DNA of 64,000 nt from Octopus sinensis (GCF_006345805.1 NC_043019.1:27403360-27467359); one strand, 5' to 3'. Shown: positions 11,759-26,593, counted from the first letter of the stretch. The notes: a model not told the origin generated them from the sequence alone. Translations and numbers: made by a program.

Positions 11759-13883
11759 TATATATTATACTATTGTATTGTGTATAAACGGAAATCTCCG
11801 TTTTTGTGTTTTATTCATTAAAAAAAGGCAACAAGTAAGGTTTGTTTCGAGAATTTCCCGGTTCAATGTTTTTCTTTTCCAATGAAGTGTGTCGAATTTT
11901 CAACCAAAAAAACCAAAATCCGACGAAGTTGGAGAGCAATGATAAAAATAACAAACATGATGTGAAAGGGGACTGTCGTAATGAGAGAGATATTTTGTTG
12001 TTGTTTAGCTTCATAGCTTGGAATTAAAGACAGTCCAGCCGTGTCCATCGCGTCTTTTTTAAAGACTACATCATCAGATATGCCGTTGTCTTATTTGAAA
12101 CAATCAGATTTGATTTGAGGGCGATCTGGCTACTATATTTTAGATCGACGGACCACGAGGGTTGGTTCTGGCTGTTGTTGTCGTTCTTGTGAATGAAAAG
12201 ACACACATTTGCACAAAGTGTTGCACAAAGACATTTAAAAGATAAACAAATGTATTTAGTAAATATGTAGAAACTTCATACAGACCTACACATACATAAA
12301 GTTGTTGCTGTTGGAACACTTGTTATTGCAGCTGCACCTGTACCATCCACCAATGCGTCGTTATGTGATGCACCTTCGCACTTCTATATCAACAACTGAG
12401 CAGAACCAGCCTCGATTTCGACTCAGCTTTGATTGATCTGTTTGTTTTTTTTTTTTTATGGTGATGATGAGGGTGGTGGTGGCGGTATTGATACCTTTAC
12501 CTCTTTTATGACTTCTATACTCTTACTATTACCCCTACCATTAGCAACCCGCTACCTTGAGGTACGGCTGTTGACGTAGTCGTAGGAGGAGGAGGAGTAC
12601 GTTGGGAAAAGAAACGGCAGTACTATCGCTGATGGTGATGACGATGATGATGATGGTAGTGTGTGTGTGTGATAGAAGGTAACGTAGACGGAGTAAGGAA
12701 GGAGGAAGAGGAGAGGTAATGTAACTGGTGTTATTTGTTCAACATTGAGGAAGTGGGGTACAATGCTGAAAGGTAAAGGTAAGAGTAGTAATAAGAGTAG
12801 GAGTAGCGGTAGGAGAAGCGGTGCTGTTACATTTCTTTCGAGGTAGCAGTAACGAGTGCGGTACTTCTTGGGGTGGAGTAATAGTAAGAGTAGTGGGAGA
12901 AGTACTTACTCTGGTGGGAGATATTGGTGGTGGTGGAGGCGGGGGTAATAATAAGAATAAGGCAGTGGTGGAGTAGGAGGAGGAGGAGACCGACTGCTGT
13001 GAGTGTAAGGAAGAGTAGTGCTTAATGTAGAAGTAGTGGGGAATGGTATTAGTAGAAGTGGTTATTGTTTGGCTTCTGTATCATTCTTGGTTGGGAAAGT
13101 TTTAGGACCTTCTTGTCCTCTGCTATAGTATCCTCCAGTTTTTGGGGTTTTTTTTTTATTTTAGGCATCGGTAGTGTTTTGTAAGAATTTGGTTATTACT
13201 TCTAGCAAGTCGAGCGACATCGAAAACGTCCCTCGTCAGATTGAAATAAAGAATGATGACGGTGGAGGTGGTGTTGAGAATGCTGCAATAATTAGAAGTG
13301 GTGGCTACTGACCTAACGCGAGTACCTCCACTTTTGACCTGCAACAAACAGCAGCCAAATCTTCAAATTACACCTTTACTGTCTTAAGAAGGAATATATT
13401 TTATACTGTGGTTATAGATAAGAAGATTACGACAGGGTGGTCAGGAGGGGTTACAACTTTCATCATTAGATCTATTGGATAGACATTACCCACGGTAGCC
13501 GTGAGTTGGAGGAGGTGTGGTAGTGATAGCAATAGGTAGGAGTAATGGTAAACTCGTACATATGTTGTAAGAATTAGAAGGGGGCAAAAGAAGTGAGGGG
13601 AGCCGTAGAGGAGAGGATGAGGAATGAGAAAGAATGCTTTCCTCAAGTTTCGTCAAACTTTACCCTTTTCTTCCTCCACCTGTTTCCTCCGTTTCTCTCC
13701 TTTTCTTCCCCCCACCGCCACCGCCACGTTCTCTCTTCCTTCCTCCAACAATCTCCCACCCTTTGCTTTGTACGTTGTTACTCTTATTGGTATAATTGAA
13801 CAAAAGAGTTGTGGTTGAGTACCCTCCCTCTGCAATCTGCTACCCTGACATCTCGATTTCTATTCTCAGTCTTTCAGTATAAA

Positions 13884-14111
13884 TCAGTGATTCCCGATTG
13901 GGGTTCACATGACCCTTAGGTGAGGCGGGGTCCATATAAGATTTTATTGTTAAAATACACAAACAATTTTAAGAGTATTCCGATACAATTCCCAATAATA
14001 TTTAATCATAAAAATATAATAGGTATTTTTTAAACATTGAATTATAAGAGTCGCCTAAATAAAACTGGAATTAAAGGAGTTTGTAAGTGAAAGCTCGTTG
14101 AGAATCACTTG
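13884..14111. mobile_element. Degraded hAT MITE
   Basis: CAGTGATTCCC / GAGAATCACTTG termini; TSD-like GTATAAAT / GTGTAAAT. Confidence 0.6.
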
Positions 14112-15685
14112 GTGTAAATCAGTTTATGTTCTCAACAAAGTCGTGGACACACCCAACATAGCATTCACTCCTTTTGTACTAAGAATAACTTTTCTAATTA
14201 AAAACTGGGTATTTCTTCCTTGAAATCAACTTGTATGTTCCTGGGGTTGTTGTTTTTGCATCGCCCCAGACGAACCTTGATTAAGTTGATCTCCGATCAA
14301 AGGCATTCCAGCCGTAACAGTATCATTCTCTACAGAAGAAGAGGGCATAGTAAAGATGATGTTGCTGGTGGTGGTGGTGATGACATGCTGTTGTGTGACC
14401 CCAGGTCAATTCTGATTAAGCAGCCCTATGACAAACAAATAATTGGTCAAACAAAAAAGCGTGTCACCTGAATTCATCTTCCTTGATACACCATGTCATG
14501 TCTGTCAAACAGACGACCATCTTGCACACTCTGATATGCAATAATGAACAGTGTTGGCTTCAGTACGACAGTGCAGACATATTGCTCTGACAACACTGCC
14601 CTGTCTATTTTATTATATTCTAGCATTAGCCACCGCAGAGGTGGGCAAGGTGGACTCAGCCAGAACGTGACAGTTGCTCTTCAACTGCACCTGTATTACT
14701 GGTGGTGTTTCCCCTGGTAGCATAACTGGTGAGGGGGACAATAGTCACCGGCAATGCTTTTGTGGGGATGGCATTTTTGGATCTGCTGTATAAGCCTCTA
14801 CAGGGTCACAGCTAGCAGGGCTGACCAACTTAAGGGCTGTCTCAGGTGACACACACTCTAGCTATGTCACTGATGCTCTCCCATATGTAATTCATGGGTG
14901 TGGGGCAACTCAACAAAGCTGTTGATGTTGCAGCAGTTTCTATATGTCCCTTGTGTTTGTCCAGACTGAACTGGAGAAATATTGTTTTAAGAACATTGTT
15001 GTTTACAATACAATAGAGTATTTATTGAATCTGTGCTAAAGTGTTAGGAGCTGGTTTCCTATGTAGTAGCAGGGACTGCTCAGGGTTGAACAAAGGCACA
15101 AATGTTACTGTGTAGTAAGAAGCTTGCTTCCCAACCACGTGGTTCCTGGTTCGGTCCCACAGTGTGACACATTGGGTATGGGTCTTCTACTATAGCCTTG
15201 TGTGTGTGTGAAGGCATATGCCCCAGTGGTTAGGTGGTTAGAGGTGTTACATTCCTAATTGTCAGATTATGGTTTTAAATCTCAGAACAGCTGCACATTG
15301 TGTTCTTGAGCAAAACACTTCATTTTACATTGATCCCATCCACCCAGCTGTAAATGGATAACCCTGCATTGGACTAGCCTTCTGATCAGGAGGAATGTTG
15401 GCCTGCTCACCTAACCAGCAGGGTAGTATCATTCGAAAGCTAAGACAATGCAAAGTGCATTGTGACCAACAATGTATAACAACATCCAATAGTCTGGTCA
15501 AGAACTATATATATATATATATATAATATATGTTTATCAAGTACTAAAGGTTGTCGAGGTTATATAGGATCTGGTCCAAATGATAACATATATATCATTT
15601 CATTTGATACATATATAATATATATATATATATATTATATATATATATATATTATATATATATATGTATATACACACATATATAT

Positions 15686-16450
15686 ACAAGGTTTGATCAA
15701 TAAGTATCCAAACTGTTGCCATAGTAACGAAGCTAGACTACACTGAGTGAAGCCGCTTGGCAAAGAGTGACCTTAAACTCTGCTTTGCATGCACACTAAG
15801 TTTTAACATTCTAGCTCACTTCCGCTATTTACAGCACTGCTTGGAAGGAACATGTGTAGTGTGTGATCATTGCAGTGACCATGACAAAGTTGTCATGGCA
15901 ATAATTGCTCAGGGGCCTATGCAAAATTACAGAAAATGTATGGAGAGGAGTGTATGAGCCGCACACAAGTGTCCGAGTGGTTCAGACGTTTCTAAGATGA
16001 CCCCAAAAATCTTGATATTGACAAACGTTCTGGGAGACCTGCAACCAGCAGAACGGAGAAAAACATTGCAGATGTGCATGCAGCTGTGAGGGGAAATCAT
16101 TGAATCATTATCCATGAGTTATCAGAGGATGTACAGATTAGTTATGGTTCAGTTCAGTCCATTATCACTGAAGATTTGGGTATGAGACGTGTGTCTGCCA
16201 AGTTTGTGCTAAAACTGCTTTCAGCTAACCAAAAAGACACTCGGGATTTCAGTTACACAAGATCTTGATTGTGTCGAGAATGATGAAAACTTTTGAAAGT
16301 ATTGCATAGGCCTCTGAGTAGATATCACCAAGTTTTTGGCAAAATTTGATGCAGATTCTCTGCTCAACTTTCTCTGTAATGGTCAATGCCATGATCACAA
16401 CTACACACCTTACTTCCAAGCACTGCTGTAAACAGCAGAAGTGAGCTGTG
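15686..16450 (+). mobile_element. Mariner transposon relic (N-terminal HTH region) ending in an inverted second 5' end
   Basis: Plus strand KMYGEECMSRTQVSEWFRRF...DKRSGRPATS...EDLGMRRVSAKFV with stops; minus strand 16290-16450 EQRICIKFCQKLG..SEAY; begins in a TA tract. Confidence 0.85.
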
Positions 16451-16674
16451 CATTTGTGCATCTTTGTCCCTCCACCATCGCTTGACAACTGATGTTAGTG
16501 TGTTTGCATCCCCATAACTTAGCAGTTCGGCAAAAGAGACTGATCGAATACTACCAGGCTTACAAAGAATAAGTCTTGGGGTCAATTTTTTTCCACTAAA
16601 GGTGGTGCTCTAGCATGGCCACAGTCAAACAACTGAAACAAATAAAAGAATAAAAGTATATATATATATAAATA

Positions 16675-16721
<47 letters not shown>

Positions 16722-16902
16722 TTTCTCCTTGTTATTTACATCCATTTTCTTCTCGTATATAATCTAAACTACAGTTTATACCCACCAAACTACCTGCTAC
16801 CATACAACTTTACAAAGGACTGTACCTACTCAGGTAATCACCAGGAGCACCTTTGGATTTAATTATGCCTTAGAGATTTTAAACTCTCCTAACTGATACC
16901 TA

Positions 16903-16960
<58 letters not shown>

Positions 16961-17477
16961 CGGTAAAATATATTAAATAATTTATTACCAGTAGTCTCCA
17001 TGTGTAATAAAAGTCATAAGATGTAAATATTTGTTTATCAGAGTGTATTTATATTCTGATAAACAAATATATATACATACACACACGCACACATAACCGA
17101 CATCTTGTAATTGTCTATGTTAAACAATCTCCTGTTGTTGCATATTATTCAATGTGCTTAGCCAGAACCTGAATTATAGTAGAATGCTTGTAAGGTATCT
17201 GTCCTATCCCTTCATACAATATATATATATATATTGTATGAGTAGTTAACAGGAAATGGGAGTTGAAAGTTTTACTGATGACTGTAGCCATGACAAAGGT
17301 GTATGTGAGAAGCCGTTTTGTCTTCCCAGTCATCAAGTATTCTTTGTGTGTAATGTGGAGTAGTGCAATGGCTTTGTGTATGGGGAGGTGGGCCTGCAAT
17401 CCCTGTTGTGAGATTGGGAGAGGTTGTCATGGCATCAGTGAAGTGTGTTCAGGCAATAGGTATGCTGGGTAGTTCTA

Positions 17478-17714
17478 AGGCGGCGAGCTGGCAGAAACGT
17501 TAGCACGCCGGGCGAAATGCGTAGCCGTATTTCGTCTGCCATTACGTTCTGAGTTCAAATTCCGCCAAGGTAGACTTTGCCTTTCATCCTTTCGGGGTCG
17601 ATAAATTAAGTACCAGTTACGCACTGGGGTCGATGTAATCGACTTAATCCGTTTGCCTGTCCTTGTTTGTCCCCTCTGTGTTTAGCCCCTTGTGGGTAGT
17701 AAAGAAATAGGTAT
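17478..17714 (+). mobile_element. tRNA-related SINE family B with a Nin/Deu-like central domain
   Basis: AGGCGGCGAGCTGGCAGAA head and GCCTTTCATCCTTTCGGGGTCGATAAATTAAGTACCAG core. Copies at about 2493-2620(-), 7158-7360(+), 18487-18763(-), 35188-35420(+), 38774-39003(-), 46437-46667(-), 48955-49075(-), 49096-49450(+). Confidence 0.8.
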
Positions 17715-19133
17715 TCTCGGTAGTTGCTTGAGGCCTTGCAGTGTGTGTGTGTGTGGGATCTTGATCTATGCATGCTTTGACTTTTACTGTCAATAAATAT
17801 CTATAGGCACAGGCATGGCTGTATGGTAAGAAGCCTACTTACCAACTAACTACACAATTCTGGGTTCAGTCCCACTGCATGGCACCTTGGGTTAAATTTC
17901 ATCTTCTACAAACTCGGGCCAACCAAAGCATTCTGAGTAGATTTGGTAGACAGAAAATGAAAAGAAACCCATCATGTGTGTGTGTGTGTGTATCTGTGTT
18001 TGTCTTTATTCCCCATCATTGCTTGACAACCGGTGTTTGTGTGTTTACATCCTCATAACTTAGTGATTCAGCAAAGGAATCTGAAAAAATAATACTTAAA
18101 AAAATGGACAAAAAACAAGTCCAAAGTCAATTCATTCAACCAAAATATCCTTCAATAAGTAAAAGATACATGGCATAGGGCCCTGTGCAATGATTTGCCC
18201 TGGGACCTATAATGCTTTTAACATAATTCTGTGTGACATGGATTGGGGTGTGACAGTTAAAATCCTTGATGATGGTTATTAATCAAGACATAGTTTTGCT
18301 GTTTCAAGGTTTCTGTTTGACACCATTGTTCACTGGTTTTTTTGTTTAATGAGGTTTAATTTATTTATTTTTTTTTGTTTTTTACTTATTACTTGTTTCA
18401 GTCATTGGACTGCGGCCATGCTGGGGCACTACTTGAAGAATTTTTAGTCGAATGAATTGACCCCAGTACTATTTTAATAAAAAAAATTTGAACTCGGAAC
18501 GTAACAGCAGACGAAATACCGCTAAGCATTTCGCCCGGCGTGTTAGCGTTTCTTATTTCTTTATTGCCCACAAGGGGCTAAACATAGAGGGGACAAACAA
18601 GGACAGACAAAGGGATTTAGTCGATTACGTCGACCCCAGTGCGTAACTGGTACTTAATTTATCAACCCCGAAAGGATGAAAGGCAAAGTCGATCTCAGTG
18701 GAATTTGAACTCAGAACGTAACAGCGGACAAAATACCGATAAGCATTTTGCCCGGCATGCTAACACCTATGTAATCTACAAGTGTATTATGTGTGTGTGT
18801 GTGTGTATATATATACACACACACACACACACGCTCATACGGGGTGTTCTACTTATCCCAGACACACAATCATCAGACTCTTTACAATTTCTCCACTAAT
18901 ACATAACTAGCACTTTTACGTTTTTGTATAAATAAAACTTACTCTGACACATCATATATACACATTCAATACATTCATGCGTATATATTTATGCTAGTGT
19001 GCATGTGTCTGTACCCACACATATATAGTCACATATGTATATAGTTATATATGAATATATGTACACACACACACACCTATATAATCCACATATGTACATC
19101 TGTACACAAGTGTATTATGTGTGCATGTGTGTG

Positions 19134-19164
<31 letters not shown>

Positions 19165-19225
19165 TCATAGATATATGAATATACATACACATATATACAT
19201 GTAAAACAGATGTAAAATGATGATA

Positions 19226-19312
<87 letters not shown>

Positions 19313-22300
19313 ATATAGATATATATACACACATATATATGTGCACTTACCTGCACCTGCAATCTGAACACCATTAGATTTTAGCCACTCCAAGTTAATG
19401 GAGTCAATGAGTACGAATTAACAAACATCCCCACCCACACCTTCCAGAGGAATGTGGATTGCAATGCCTTCAGTACAACTGCCAAAGCCATGGAAATGTT
19501 GAAAACATTAACAAAAACTGTAAGCTGTTATGGAAAACCATTCTGTTTGCTGCCAATATCGCCTGTTCTTCTCCTTTACCGTGAACTGGTAACCAAATCT
19601 TGCCACTTCTGTAAGCAAGCTACTTATCACACACCCACTCTTTTGTTAATCATTTTAGTCAGAAAGGTGAGAGGAATACCTGTAACCCTTTTCTTTTAAG
19701 GGGCCTATAAAACTGGTTGGAAGTGGGGTGGGAAGAAAGCTATTGGTCAAACCAGACATCTTCTCCAAATTCTTGCAGTAAAGTAGAATCAGTTAAGAGT
19801 ACCCAAAACCTGGTGGTAGTGATGTTAAACTAGGAGATGGGAGAAGTCTACCCTTCAAGTACTCAGAATTCAATGGGTTGGACACAAACACCACAAGGTA
19901 GTAGGTCCTACTACACTAACCACTCTGTCAATCCACTACCATAGACCAATAATAAATCTTACAAACTCCGAAAAGATGAAAATCAAAGATAACTGTAGTG
20001 GGATTTGAACTCAGAATGCAGAGAGCAAGTACAAGGTATTTTGTGCTATGTTCTGATGGCTCTTCTGATCAATTTCCTTGTGTCCAGCAGTGATCAGACA
20101 TAATCAGTGATTGTCTTTGTTTAACCCTAGGTCAGCCCTGACCAAACAGATCTCTCACCAAGAAGCATCTAAACTGACCACTATATGATATTATAGGACC
20201 ACCTTAACTCATGCATCCTTCCTTTTTTTTTTAGTATGTCAGGGTGTGGGTTAAAGGTTTTTACTATTTCTAGCAGGTTGAACAACCACACAGAGGCCCA
20301 CCTGTTGGTTTGTATTCTCCCATATGCAGTAGGTGTTTAACCCCAAGTCAATAAATCTATGATCAACAGGCATTCTGGTTGTGACCATCCAATTCAATCA
20401 CTTTCAGCTACAGTGTTTCAACAACAACCACAATGTCCCAATATCATCATCATTGTCCTCATCATTTAGCATCCATTTTCCATGCTGGCATTGGCTGGGG
20501 GATTTGACAGGAGCTGGCAAGGCCAAGAGCTGCACCAGACTCCAGTCGTCTGTTTTGGCATGGTTTCTTCAACTGGCCACCAAGCACTGCACAGAGTGTA
20601 CTGGGTACTTTTTGCATAACACTACACAGGTGCTTTTTATGTGGCAGCAGCACCAGTGGGGTTACCAAGTAACCTGCAAGACAAAAACCTTTTACCTGAG
20701 AGAGGGAGTAGAACCGAGGAAAGAGGCTGAGTGCCAGGCAAGAGGTTAGAGTATGATAGAGGGACCGGGGTAGTTGTCGTCTGACAGAGGAGATACTTGG
20801 CCACCCCTGTAGGATAAAGAAGGTGGAAGAGGTTTAGAAAGAAAGATAAAGAGACAGAAACAGATGGTGTTGGAGATGTATTGGGGCCTACCCACGGTGA
20901 ACTGTGGGGGTGGATGGGGTATAAAGAGTACAGAGGGGATGTTCCATGAGAGTGTGAGAGGATATGTTTAGAGATGGGGAGGGAAGACACGATTGTAGCA
21001 AATGATGATGAGGGAAATTGGTGAGGCTAGGAGGGGTGTAAGGAAGAATGAGAGGACATGGAGAGTGTGCAAATAGGCACATGGAGGAGAGTGGGGGAGG
21101 GGCAGGGCCTGCAGCTGGTATTGGGAAGATGGGGGTGGGGGTTGACGAAGATCAGATAATGTGTATGGGGTGGGGGAGGCATGGCCATAAAGGACATACA
21201 AGTATGTATGGATGGTCACAATTTTCACTTTATTTGGTGTATCAGTAGGGTGTTATCCAAGAGAGACGTGGTTGCTGTTACTAGCAGATCAAACAACCAC
21301 ATAGTATTTCACTCGTTGGTTTGTATACTCCCATAATCATTGGTTATTTCTATTTAACCCTAGGTCAGCTTTGGTAAACCAAGCCTTGGGTAAAGGAGAC
21401 ATTTACTTACGTCCGACTGCTTGGTGTTTGCGACCTGCAAAGATCACCAGAGTTAAGGGTCTGACTTGGAAGATGGTCATGGTTAGCATCAGAAGCAGGA
21501 TCTGGTTGAAGAATTCTGCTTTCAAGAAATATCTGCCAACCACTGTCAGCATGGAGAGAAAAATGTGGAAGCGGAAAATGGAAAGGAAAGGAAAACTGGG
21601 GCAGGAGGGGATGCAAGACATTAAAGTTAACCATAAGAAGAGTAAATTAGGATTTTATCATTATTATTATATGGAAGGAAGGAAGAGAGGGGAGGGGGAA
21701 GGAAGGAAGGAAAGAAGAGAGAGAGAGAATGAAAGAAAGGGAAGAAAGAAGAGAGTAGAAAGAAAGAACGAAAGAAAGAGAAGTTGCCATAGGGTCTACT
21801 TCCTTCTTTGCTACATTCCAATATGTTTCAATTGTTTATTAATCCTCCCCAGTCTTAGGAGTGGTGGTCATGATGGTAGGAGGGAGTTTCTATTGTGTTT
21901 CCATGTCATTTCCCTTACAATTATTATTGAGACACTTCCACAGTTGGCTGCTAAACCTATAATTAATGTTTAGAATGAGAAACTCCACGTTATTACAATT
22001 GTTGTTGTTTGTGAAGATGAGTGGCTGTGTGGTAAGAAGCTTGCTTCCCAACCACATGGTTCTGGGTTCAGTCCCACCGTGTGGCACCTTGGGCAAGTGT
22101 CTTCTACTATAACGCCAGGACAACCAAAGCCTTGTGAGTGGATTTAGTAGACAGAAACGGAAAGAAGCCCATCGTGTATATATTTATATTATGTGTGTGT
22201 GTGTGTATGCATGTATGTGAGTGTGTGTGTGTGTGTATTTGTGTCTGTGCTCCCATCATCACTTGACAACCGATGCTGGTGTATTTACATCCCCTTAACC

Positions 22301-23057
22301 TAGCAGTTCAGCAAAAGAGTCCGATAGAATAAGTACCAAGCTTACAAAGAATAAGTGCTGGGGTCAATTGGTTCGACTAAAGGTGGTGCTCCAGCATGGC
22401 CACAGTCAAATGACTGAAACAAGTAAAAGAGTAAAAGTGAGTGGTTAGGATGTTTGCACTCATAACCTCTTGGTCATGGTTTCAATTCCTGGATTGATTG
22501 ATGCATCAGTGCTCTGAGATCACTTCAGTATTTGACATGGCACACTGTGCACCTGTACAGGTGATGTTTATTTGATGGAAGCAGTGAGCTAAAGGGCAGC
22601 AGAAACATTCAATCACCATAAACAAGTCATCAGTTCAGGTTGTGGGGCAAGAAATAGCAGAGCTGTCTTTCTCGGACTTGAGAGATTACAATTAAGTTGT
22701 CATTTTTGTTTAGCCCCAGGTCAGCCTAAACGAATAGATTTATGATCAAAGACATTTCAATTATGACTATCTGATCTTATTTAAAATGGGATCTTATTTC
22801 AAGCAGGTTGCATACCCTGAAGAACTTCTATAAACGACCACAACCATCAAGTACATAGACACACAGACAGTCAAGTTCAGTTTATCTCGGGGTATATTAT
22901 CCAATGTGTTCTTTTTTAAAAAGATATTATGGTATAGGCATAGGAGTGTATATATATATATATAGAGAGAGAGAGACGCAGGAGTGGCTGTGTAGTAAGA
23001 AGCTTGATTACGAACCACATGGTTCCAAGTTCAGTCCCACTGCGTGGCACCTTGGGC

Positions 23058-23565
23058 ACTGGTAGAATGTGTCATATAAAATATCTTTTACTGTTAGCGT
23101 TTTTAAGAAAAGCTTATATTTAGGAAGTTATTTCATGTTAAAGTTGTCCTATTTCGGTAATTTTAACCAATCAATGACGTGTATTCAAAAATTACTGCCG
23201 TTGTTTGTCAACAACTATTGGCAGTGTATTTTTCGTTTGTCACTGTTATTTATGACATTGTTCGTGCGTTTGTACTGGTTTTAGAGTTAGGGTTGTCATA
23301 AATAACAGTGACAAACGAAATATACAGTTCTAGTTGACAAACAACAGCAGTAATTTTATTCAGCTGAATACACGTCATTGATTGGTTGAAATTACCGAAA
23401 TACGACAACTTTAACGTGAAATAACTTCCTAAATATAAGCTTTTCTCAAAAACGCTAAGAGTAAAAGATATTATATATGACACATTCTACCAGTATCCGA
23501 AGTTTGAAAGTGTTTAGTTACAAAAAATTATTTTTCAAAACCTGTTGCTCAAAAGGTGAAGATCC
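23058..23565. mobile_element. Fold-back MITE related to the Merlin MITE family
   Basis: ~200-bp inverted arms (the ORF track gives near-identical peptides on both strands); right end ...GAAGATCC; shares CACATTCTACCAGTAT..GAAGTTT.AAAGTGTTTAGTTAC with the Merlin MITE; left end replaced by a SINE head. Confidence 0.8.
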
Positions 23566-24209
23566 GCCTTAAAAAAAATAAATACTGGGGTTGGTATGTT
23601 TGAGTAGACTTCTCAATGTGGTAACCCAGCAATCTGCAGTCCAATGACTAACACAAATCAAAGATAAAAGACGTGTGTGAGTGTACGCGTGCGTTCGACG
23701 GTTGTGGTCGTTTGTAGTTGTACCAAGCAAAGTCTAAGGGCGATAACTCTGTTCTTACATAACTATCAAAACTTCATCGGTTGATGAGCTATCGATCTTT
23801 TTTTTACCCCTCTCCACCTCCACCAAACCAGACCATTTCAAATTAGAAGTCCTCTCCACTGGTTTATTTTAATATTCTCGCTCCACATTATCTTTTAAAT
23901 ATTTAGTCTGAAATCTCAAAAGATGTTGGTATGTTTTCATAATAAGATATAGGCGCAGCTATTGGTATGTAGTAAGAAGATTGTTTCCCAACCACATGGA
24001 ACCGGGTTCAAATTCATTGTGTGGATTTGGTAGACAGAACCTGAAAGAAGACCGTCAATAAAAATAATATGTATGTGTGACTATGGGTGTCTTTGTGTCT
24101 ATGTTTGTCCCCCACCCCCGCTTGAAAACTGGCGTTGGTGTATTTATGTCCCTGTAACTTAGCAGTTCGGCAAAAAGTAACAATATAAGTACCAGGCTTA
24201 AAAAACAGC

Positions 24210-24398
24210 TATCTATCTATCTATCCACTCAGTTGAAGTCGACTCTCGGTTACTCAATGGATCAGTGTCCTCCAGTCAGTTCTATCCTGGGCCGCTTCTT
24301 TCAGATTGGCTATGTCCATTCCGGTATCACTCTTGATGGTATCGAGCCAGCGGGTTCTTGGTCGGCCTCTTTCTCTCTTGCCACTGACCATTCCGAGC
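24210..24398 (-). mobile_element. RTE/BovB-like LINE 3' fragment inserted in a SINE
   Basis: MLGMVSGKRERGRPRTRWLDTIK...DRTDWRTLIH*VTESR followed by a (GATA)n tail. Confidence 0.8.
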
Positions 24399-25419
24399 AT
24401 ATATAATATAATAAATATACATGATGTGTATATATACATACATATACAATATACATAATATACATATAATATATATATTCTCCAGGGATTTTCTCCGCAT
24501 AAGTCGACTAAAATTCTTCAAGGTGGTGTGACAGTACAGCCGCAGTCTATGCTTGACTGAAACATATAAAAGATATGAAGGGTGTGCTAAATTGGAAAGG
24601 GAACCATTACATGGCTACTTGACCTGTTATAAATAGCAACCAAATCTCACCTAAATTTTCTTTTAAATTTAAAAAAACCCAACAAAAAACACATTGCATA
24701 AATCTGAATTGGGTGACTTACTTTGACCCAATAAAATATATTGGCCTTTTGCTAACTGAAATATCTCATCTGCATTCGTTACAACTACAGCTGATTGCAG
24801 TCGCTCATTAACTAAACTGGTTTACCCTGGGAGTCGACAACTTGTCGTCTGTTGACTTGCTCTGCATCGAGTGATGTTCACTACAGCTTTGATAAGTTCA
24901 TCAGCTGAAATAGTTCACATCCATCATGCTGCATAAAGTAGCCATCGGTAGAGACACTTTACTATCACTAAAACATCTTTAACCCTTTAGTGTTCACATT
25001 ATTCTGCCAAAATTAATCCTTTTTTTATCCACATTGTTTTGAACTAATCATGCATTATCTTGTAGCTATGAGATTTTGATGAGATAGCTGTTAATTTTTT
25101 AAACGATATTGTAGGGTTGGTGTGAGAGACCAGATCTGGCCAGTTTGAACATAAAACAGGCAGAATACTTTTGGCCGGATATGGCCGGTTTAAATCTTAA
25201 ACGTACAAGATCAAAACTAATCTGAGGCTAGACAAACAATTCGGCTAAAATTGAAAATCCAAATGTTGAACGAAGATTAAACAACAACAACAACGATGAT
25301 TTATATATATATGTATATAGTTTATACAGAACATATGAAAAATAATATTTTCAAATGCACACCTACATACACTATGAGCAATATTATAAAAATGAGACAG
25401 AGAGAGATTCATAGATAAT

Positions 25420-26593
25420 ACAATCTTTATAACAACATACATACATGTATGGAATATATATAGTATGTATAACATATATGTGTGTAATATATATACTATA
25501 TATAATATATATATTACATAATACATATATATCATATATTATAAATAACCATAATATACACATATACATATATATTATATATACACACACACAATATATA
25601 TATATATTATAATAACCATAATATATATACATATATATATACATTTATATATACATATATATATACATTTATATATATATAACAATATATATAACAATAT
25701 ATATAGTGTGTTATAAATATATATATATATATATAATGTATTATATATATACACAATATATATAATGTATGTATTATATATATTATATCATATACATATA
25801 TAATATATAATCAATATACATGATGTGTATATATACATACATATACAATATACATAATATACATATAATATATATATTTATATGGGGAACAGTTTTTTGT
25901 TCAAACAAGTTTCATTAAATGCGCAACAATGTTTTATCCATTTTCTTTCAGATTTTTTTGTATTTCATAAGTTTCCACACCACCCACCCCACCCTCTTCT
26001 TTTATTTTTTTTCACAGTTAGTTTGGAACAATTATATTCCTAGATTTTATATTCGATGTCCTCAGACCTTTCACAATGGAGCTGTCGAACTCATTTCATT
26101 CTTGAAAACAAGATTGTGAGGTTCTGAAAAACGTCGAGTATGAATTTAGAAATTTTATTGTTCCAAACACATTATAAAAAAAACAAAAACAAAAAAAAAA
26201 CAATATAGAAAACAAAAAAATATGAAAATTTTAAAATAAAAATGATAAAATTTAAATACAGTTGCTTATGTAATGAATTACAAACATACACATATACACA
26301 CAATCAAGATGTGAGGAGGGGAGGTTTATAGTATGTTTGGAGACTGGATCTGGAGTGTGAAGAAAGAAATGTTTTTGTTTTTTAGTTCATTTTTCATTTG
26401 TTTTTTCCTTCGAAGGCATTGAAGCTTTGGCTTTCTCAAAGAATCAAGGAATGGGATGCTGCGATGGCCATTTCATTGTTCAAGTCAAAGGAAGCAATTA
26501 TCGCATGACAATTGAAGGCATATTGAAGGTTGTTCATATGTTCATATATATTATATATATATATATATTTGTGTGTGTTATATACATATAAAT

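Noticed and set aside
12400-13750. Purine-skewed GGA/GGT/AGT-rich region
   Set aside because: Degenerate triplet low-complexity sequence with no sustained ORF or defined unit.
14450-15060. Unique, more GC-balanced stretch that looked coding
   Set aside because: No long ORF in the track and no motif I could recognise; possibly an old retroelement fragment.
21371-21973. 200-aa plus-strand ORF
   Set aside because: Non-ATG start and runs through a purine-rich low-complexity tract; no homology recognised.
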